From: a bacterium
GTDB lineage: Bacteria > UBA8248
Assembly: GCA_965202625.1 (NCBI GenBank)
Contig: CBDBBI010000004.1
Span: forward strand, 1 to 14,573
DNA: 14,573 nucleotides
Direction: 5' to 3'
Below, in pieces: positions 9,800 to 14,573 of the stretch. Under the pieces are notes generated by a model. That model was not told where the DNA came from, made no database searches, and saw only the letters and a program-made list of their open reading frames with translations. Positions within the stretch are counted from its first letter, which is position 1. Every line of letters begins with the position of its first letter. The translations under genes were made by a program, and so were the position numbers.

Positions 9800-10128
9800 A
9801 TCGTCCACGCAGATACGTAATTCAGCGTCATGAGGCGGCGAATTCTCAGCCCATCGCCTCGGCGACCGGACACTTTCCTGTTCATGCGACGGCTTCAGGT
9901 GCTCATCTCTCCTGACCCAAGGAGGAATTTCCTCGTGCCCCCCTAGTGATGAGCTTTGTCCCCGCATCCGAACGCAACGGAGCATCCTAAAAACCTAGTG
10001 TGCTTTTCTTGCTGATCTCTCCGGAATCCGTAGGGAACACCTATTGGGCGAAAGCCATCCTCAGAGTCTCTCTCGTTGCCATTCTTTTAAGACGACACAC
10101 AACTCAAATGGATCAATTATGGGGGCAC
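9800..10128 (-). pseudogene. Possible heavily eroded relic of a GatB/YqeY-domain gene
   Basis: Short collinear peptides across frames (SS*KNGN, RETLRMAFAQ, EISKK, DKA-ITRGARGNSSLGQ, MNRKVSGRRGDGLRIRRLM) recall the YqeY N- and C-terminal motifs, and this is a usual position for yqeY. Similarity judged by eye only. Confidence 0.35.
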
Positions 10129-10194
10129 TCCACATCATCCCACACACTTCTGACATTCGATAACCTATAAGGTGAGAACCGCAAGGCAAGCAAT

Positions 10195-10239
10195 CCTCCT
10201 ACCAGAAACCAATATAGGAGTCGAATCTGAAATTGTCGA
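10195..10239 (-). promoter_or_regulatory. Candidate sigma70 promoter plus SD, heading the (mutS2)-dnaG-rpoD unit
   Basis: TCGACA (10239-10234), exactly 17 nt, TATATT (10216-10211); both boxes match consensus at 5/6. AGGAGG follows at 10200-10195. Confidence 0.6.
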
Positions 10240-10303
10240 GTATAATGCAAACAACATAAAGACGCTCTGAAAATCGAATATCGCAGCCCCAAGCGCAGCA
10301 ACT

Positions 10304-10978
10304 CTACCTCTCGGACTCCGACCTGCCACCGCACCCAAACCGGCGAGCGAGTTCCGCAAAAACCCGTCCAGGTGGAACGCCGCGCACGGCCAGGCCCACC
10401 AAGGTATGGAACCACAAATCCGCTATCTCATTCGTTATCTCGTCCACGTCGTCGTTCTTCATGGCGATGGCGACCTCCACAGCCTCCTCACCAATTTTTT
10501 TCCACACCTGGTCCTCTCCCTTGGAGAGTAGGCGCGCCACGTAGCTCGCATCCGTATCGCCCGCATTTTTTCTCTCTAGCACCAACCGATAGATGGACTC
10601 GAGCAGATTCTGCTCAAAACCGAACGCCGCTTCGCTCCCCTCCGACCAAGGGATGGAGATTTCCCTAAAAAAACACGACCTCCGGTTCGTATGGCAAGCC
10701 GGGCCGTCCGGCCGGACGATGAACGCCAACGCATCTCCATCACAATCGAGCCACGCAGAAACGAGGTGCAGATAATTTCCAGACGACTCTCCCTTGTGCC
10801 AAAGCGCCTTGCGAGAACGAGACCAAAAGTGAACGGTTCCTTTTTCTAGCGTGAGCCGGAGCGACTCTTCATTCACCCAGGCGAGGGTCAATATCTCTCC
10901 CGTTCGCACATCCTGGCAGACGGCGGGGCCCAAGCCCGCTTCGTTCCATTTGACGTCGGGGATTCTCACCTCGTTCAA
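10304..10978 (-). CDS. hisIE: Bifunctional phosphoribosyl-AMP cyclohydrolase / phosphoribosyl-ATP pyrophosphatase
   Basis: [24 protein letters not shown] and [12 protein letters not shown] (HisI); [27 protein letters not shown] (HisE). Start reassigned to TTG 10978, a TTGA overlap with the hisF stop with GGAGGTG upstream. Confidence 0.96.
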   Translation of the reverse strand: MNEVRIPDVKWNEAGLGPAVCQDVRTGEILTLAWVNEESLRLTLEKGTVHFWSRSRKALWHKGESSGNYLHLVSAWLDCDGDALAFIVRPDGPACHTNRRSCFFREISIPWSEGSEAAFGFEQNLLESIYRLVLERKNAGDTDASYVARLLSKGEDQVWKKIGEEAVEVAIAMKNDDVDEITNEIADLWFHTLVGLAVRGVPPGRVFAELARRFGCGGRSESER

Positions 10979-11739
10979 AGCCTCACCTCCACGCCGCGCT
11001 TCCGAAGATAAATTTTCGCCTCCTCGACCGAATAATCGCCGAAATGAAAGATAGAGGCGGCCAAAACAGCATCGGCGCACCCATCCTCCAAACCCTTATA
11101 TAAGTGCGCAAGGTTCCCCACACCACCAGAGGCGATGACGGGGACGCTCACCCGCTCGGCAATCGTGCGCGTGAGAGCCAAATCATAACCCTCTCTCGTT
11201 CCGTCTCTATCCATACTGGTCAGGAGAATCTCGCCGGCGCCCAGCGCGCACGCTTCCTCGGCCCAGTCCACAGCGTCCCTGCCTGTGGGGCGCGAGCCTC
11301 CATGCGTGAACGCCTCCCACTTGGACGCATCACTCGAAACGCGCTTGGCGTCTATGGCGCACACGATGGTGGAGCTTCCATAACGCTCGGCTGATCGTTT
11401 GAGGACGTCCGGGTCCCTGAGCACCGCGCTGTTGATGCTCACCTTGTCCGCTCCCGCTCTCAGCAAATCACGCACATCGCCCTCCGAGCGCACGCCGCCG
11501 CCCACCGTGAGCGGAACAAACACACGCTCCGCCGCGCGGCTCACAATATCGAGCAGGGCGCCGCGCTTCTCCTTCGAGGCACTGATGTCCAAAAAACAGA
11601 TTTCATCCGCCCCCATTTCATCGTAATGAGCGGCGCACTCCACCGGATCTCCCGCATCGCGCAAACCCTCAAAATTCACCCCTTTCACCACTCGGCCTTC
11701 CTTGACGTCAAGACAAGGAATGATGCGCTTAGCTAGCAA
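10975..11739 (-). CDS. hisF: Imidazole glycerol phosphate synthase, cyclase subunit
   Basis: [74 protein letters not shown]. Confidence 0.98.
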   Translation of the reverse strand: MLAKRIIPCLDVKEGRVVKGVNFEGLRDAGDPVECAAHYDEMGADEICFLDISASKEKRGALLDIVSRAAERVFVPLTVGGGVRSEGDVRDLLRAGADKVSINSAVLRDPDVLKRSAERYGSSTIVCAIDAKRVSSDASKWEAFTHGGSRPTGRDAVDWAEEACALGAGEILLTSMDRDGTREGYDLALTRTIAERVSVPVIASGGVGNLAHLYKGLEDGCADAVLAASIFHFGDYSVEEAKIYLRKRGVEVRL

Positions 11740-12458
11740 GAGAGCATCTCCATCGCTTTGGTGAAATCCAGGGTCCCCTCATATAGGGCGCGCCCCACGA
11801 CGGCGCCGACGATGCCTTTATCCGCAAGAGGAATCAATTTTTCAACGTCCTCAAGCCGGCTCACACCGCCGGCGGCGATGACGGGCAGATCACAAGCCTC
11901 GGCGAACGCCTCGGTGGGCCCGGGGTCAAATCCTTTCAGAGTGCCGTCTCGCCTGATGTCTGTAAAAATGATTCCGGCCAAGGGAAGGTCGGAGAAGCGA
12001 TTCGCCAAAAACGTCGGGGATACCGAATCTCTCTCCTCCCAGCCCGCGATTCGGACTTCGCCGTCCTTGGCGTCTATGCCCAAAAGAATTTTCCCAGGGT
12101 GTCTGTGGGCCACCGATTCGAGAAATTCAGGATTCTTGAGTGCGCTCGTCCCGAGTATGACAAAACTCGCCCCTGCCGCAAAGACCGCCCCGAGCGACTC
12201 ATCCGATCGCACGCCACCTCCGAACTCTACTGGTATTCCGACGGCGTCCGTCACTCGGGCCAAAACCTCAACGTGGGCAGGCGCACCCCCAAAAGCACCA
12301 TCCAGGTCAATGAGATGAAGGCGGCGTGCTCCTTCCGCCGCCCAGCGTGAAGCCCACGCCACTGGGTCGGTGCCATAGACGATCTCTCGGCCTTTCTGGC
12401 CCTGAATAAGCCTCACGCATCTGCCGCCCTTGAGATCAATCGCTGGAATGAGGAGCAT
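11733..12458 (-). CDS. hisA: ProFAR isomerase
   Basis: [63 protein letters not shown]. Confidence 0.97.
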   Translation of the reverse strand: MLLIPAIDLKGGRCVRLIQGQKGREIVYGTDPVAWASRWAAEGARRLHLIDLDGAFGGAPAHVEVLARVTDAVGIPVEFGGGVRSDESLGAVFAAGASFVILGTSALKNPEFLESVAHRHPGKILLGIDAKDGEVRIAGWEERDSVSPTFLANRFSDLPLAGIIFTDIRRDGTLKGFDPGPTEAFAEACDLPVIAAGGVSRLEDVEKLIPLADKGIVGAVVGRALYEGTLDFTKAMEMLSC

Positions 12459-12709
12459 GGCACCGCCCTGAAGATGTAAGGAACCTCCCGCTCTCTGGGC
12501 CTCTCCTTAAACCCAAACGGGCCTGATTGCAAACGGGGGCGAGGAGTTCTCCCAGAAGACGCAGCCTCAAGGGATGAAACTTCCCTCGTCAACACCCCTC
12601 CAATTCAGGGAGGAAGCAACCCCTTCCGCGATTTCTTTTGCAAACTTTGGTCTATAAGGAAGCGAGAAAAAGGGCTTTATGGGGTTTAGAGGAAACAATC
12701 AATGCTATT

Positions 12710-12768
12710 AAAAATTAGAGTGGGCTAAACGCTGATTGGCGGCACTCGCTCTTAGCCCTCACGTTTTT
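12710..12768. terminator. Imperfect stem-loop downstream of the orphan gene; possible (bidirectional) intrinsic terminator
   Basis: GGGCTAA (12722-12728) pairs with TTAGCCC (12752-12758), flanked by an A-run (12710-12714) and a T-run (12764-12768). The interior is long and imperfect, and the U-tracts are offset from the stem. Confidence 0.3.
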
Positions 12769-12798
12769 CCTCTTCCGGTGGAACAAGTATATACATCT

Positions 12799-13320
12799 TT
12801 ACATCTTGATTTTTACCTTCACTGATTCAAGCATAGACAACTCGCGCTGTGCAAAATCTCTATTGGCTCGGGTAGCCTTTCCGAGATAGAGAAGCGGGTC
12901 GGTCTTAAGGATGACGCCCCCGGACGCAAAAAAGAACGCCGCCGCAATGACAGCCAAGACATAATGACCATGCCATACACACAAGCCCGCCCAAACAAAA
13001 CCAGCTAAACGCAACAGGTTGAGCAAAGCGGAACACATTTCACCTGCGGCCGGAAACCGAATATGTATATTATAATATTGAAATACTCGTAACTCCTCCG
13101 CAAGTAGTAAAGATAGAAAGCTATCGCTAACCTCCCGGCCCAGCAAGGAATTCATGCGGCCCAGCAAGGAATTCATATAGCGTATCCATCCCCAAAGTCC
13201 ATAAGCAATAGCAGTGAAAGTAATTGCCGAGGCTTTAAGAGAAACAAAACCAATAAGGGAAGCAACGATGATAAGAACGACGCCAAGCAAATTACCTAAG
13301 AGATTACCGACACCCATCAA
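12799..13320 (-). CDS. Hypothetical membrane protein (about 4 predicted transmembrane segments), lower GC than flanks
   Basis: 173-codon ORF with AGGAG just upstream of TTG-ATG (13320/13317). Hydrophobic stretches LLGVVLIIVASLIGFV, AITFTAIAYGLWGWI, LLRLAGFVWAGLCVW and VLAVIAAAFFFASGGVIL. No family recognised. Confidence 0.8.
   Translation of the reverse strand: MMGVGNLLGNLLGVVLIIVASLIGFVSLKASAITFTAIAYGLWGWIRYMNSLLGRMNSLLGREVSDSFLSLLLAEELRVFQYYNIHIRFPAAGEMCSALLNLLRLAGFVWAGLCVWHGHYVLAVIAAAFFFASGGVILKTDPLLYLGKATRANRDFAQRELSMLESVKVKIKM
13136..13176. repeat. Tandem direct repeat: two perfect 20-bp copies with period 21
   Basis: CGGCCCAGCAAGGAATTCAT at 13136-13155 and 13157-13176, encoding MNSLLGR-MNSLLGR in frame. 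Confidence 0.95.
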
Positions 13321-13355
13321 TATCTCCTAAGTAATTCCGTTTTAATTAGGTAAAA

Positions 13356-14027
13356 TCACATAGAATTCGAAATCTCGCGGCGGCCACAGATATCGGCGAA
13401 TTTTCTCAAAACGCCCAGGCCGATCGCGCCGCTCTTCTCAGGGTGAAACTGGGTGGCGTAAAGATTCTTCTTGCGGACGCTCGCGATGAAGGGCACGCCG
13501 AAATCGCAAGTAGCCGCAATCCAGGGCCGCGCCGCCTCGGATGGCTCCGCATAGTAGGAGTGGACGAAATAAAAATAGGCGCCTCTCGGCACGTCTGCGA
13601 GAAGCGGGGACGGGACGTGAAATCGAGGCTGGTTCCAACCCATGTGCGGAACCTTGAGAGGCAGCGGGCCGCTGTTTCCTCTCATTCCCTCGGGAAAACG
13701 CCTCACGCGTCCAGGCAGGACGCCCAAACCCGGCGTGGCCCCGAACTCCTCGCTCTCCTCAAACAGAATCTGAAGCCCCAGACATATTCCAAGGTAAGGA
13801 ACGTCTCTATCGATCGCCCCACGCAGGGTTTCGATGAGGCTGGCGTCCTCCAAAGCGCTCATGCAGCCCGGAAAACCGCCCACCCCTGGCAGAATGATGC
13901 CCGAAGCCTCCTCCAGGGTTCGTGGCTCGTCACTCAGAGTCGCTTTGACGCCGATTTTCGCCAAAGCGTTTTTCACGCTCAGAACGTTTCCCATCCCATA
14001 GTCAACTACAACGATCTCAGTCGCCAT
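13356..14027 (-). CDS. hisH: Imidazole glycerol phosphate synthase, glutamine amidotransferase subunit
   Basis: VVDYGMGNV, ILPGVGGF, LGICLGLQIL, KVPHMGWN, YFVHSYY, TQFHPEKSG (Cys-His-Glu triad). Confidence 0.98.
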   Translation of the reverse strand: MATEIVVVDYGMGNVLSVKNALAKIGVKATLSDEPRTLEEASGIILPGVGGFPGCMSALEDASLIETLRGAIDRDVPYLGICLGLQILFEESEEFGATPGLGVLPGRVRRFPEGMRGNSGPLPLKVPHMGWNQPRFHVPSPLLADVPRGAYFYFVHSYYAEPSEAARPWIAATCDFGVPFIASVRKKNLYATQFHPEKSGAIGLGVLRKFADICGRREISNSM

Positions 14028-14066
14028 ATTCGCTCACCACCATCATAAGACTTTGAGAAAAACCCG

Positions 14067-14573
14067 CTACAAAACGCCCTTCGTGCTGGGCACGCCCGCG
14101 TTTCTCGGATCGAGAGCAACTCCCGCCCGCAACGCGCGCCCAAAGCCTTTGAACACGGCCTCCGCCATGTGGTGGCTGTTGTCCCCATAGCAGACCTCAA
14201 CGTGGAGGTCGATTCCCGCATGCATGGCCACCGACCAGAAGAACTCGCGCACGAGCGACGTTTCAAAAGCACCAATTCGCTCTTCGGGAAAAGCGGCGCG
14301 AAAGATGAGGTTTCCGCGTCCTCCGAAATCAGCCGCCAAATGGACGAGCGCATCCATCATGGGCAAGCGCACATCGGCATAACGGGTGATTCCCGCCCGA
14401 TCTCCCAACGCCCTCGCCAGCGTCTGACCCAAGGTGATGCCCACGTCCTCCACCGTATGATGACCGTCGACGTCGAGATCCCCTCTGCCATGCACAGTGA
14501 CGTCCACCAGCCCGTGGCGGGCGATTTGAGCAAGCATGTGGTCGAAAAACCCAACTCCGGTGGTAATTTGGGC
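14067..14573 (-). CDS. hisB: Imidazoleglycerol-phosphate dehydratase, C-terminal part (start lies beyond the window)
   Basis: Frame open to the window edge: [69 protein letters not shown]. Confidence 0.97.
   Translation of the reverse strand, partial: AQITTGVGFFDHMLAQIARHGLVDVTVHGRGDLDVDGHHTVEDVGITLGQTLARALGDRAGITRYADVRLPMMDALVHLAADFGGRGNLIFRAAFPEERIGAFETSLVREFFWSVAMHAGIDLHVEVCYGDNSHHMAEAVFKGFGRALRAGVALDPRNAGVPSTKGVL

Noticed and set aside
10241-10246. Plus-strand TATAAT as an antisense promoter into hisIE
   Set aside because: No -35 box at a suitable spacing and no extended -10 TG.
12413-12595. 60-aa ORF as a his leader peptide
   Set aside because: It contains no His codons, lies mid-operon and overlaps the hisA start out of frame.
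12722-12758. Integron attC site after the orphan gene
   Set aside because: Only about 37 nt, shorter than known attC sites; the ends do not match RYYYAAC/GTTRRRY; no integrase or second cassette is present.
12471-12807. 9-bp inverted repeat AAGATGTAA / TTACATCTT, with a tandem TACATCTT duplication at 12792-12807, as MITE ends
   Set aside because: A match this short is expected by chance over this span, one arm lies inside the ORF end, and there is no flanking target duplication.
13053-13086. dif-like core TGTATATTAT
   Set aside because: Only the central bases resemble dif; the XerC and XerD arms do not match, and it lies within a coding sequence.
13136-13176. CRISPR-like repeat
   Set aside because: Two directly adjacent copies with no spacer and no cas genes.
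6-14048. Numerous plus-strand ORFs (e.g. 6-428, 3939-4454, 4641-5270, 8846-9454, 11758-12318, 13443-14048)
   Set aside because: They are antisense shadows of well-supported minus-strand genes in GC-rich DNA and show no recognisable motifs.

Overview
A GC-rich bacterial housekeeping region in which every supported gene lies on the minus strand. In transcription order: hisB (partial), hisH, an AT-richer orphan membrane-protein gene followed by about 340 bp of non-coding DNA, hisA, hisF, hisIE, about 510 bp of probably eroded DNA (a good sigma70 promoter, a strong Shine-Dalgarno (SD) site and a possible yqeY relic), a full-length mutS2 pseudogene (7 frameshifts and 1 nonsense codon), dnaG, rpoD, tRNA-Ile2(CAT), a C4 Zn-ribbon coiled-coil protein gene, RNase HI, rnpB (RNase P RNA, type A), ilvA with an ACT domain, and purH (partial). 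I found no mobile element, CRISPR array or clearly new multi-gene system. The points most worth checking are the local gene decay upstream of dnaG, the orphan inserted in the his operon, an SD-occluding hairpin over an internal promoter, and an insertion in the DnaG TOPRIM domain. All assignments come from reading motifs by eye; no searches were run.
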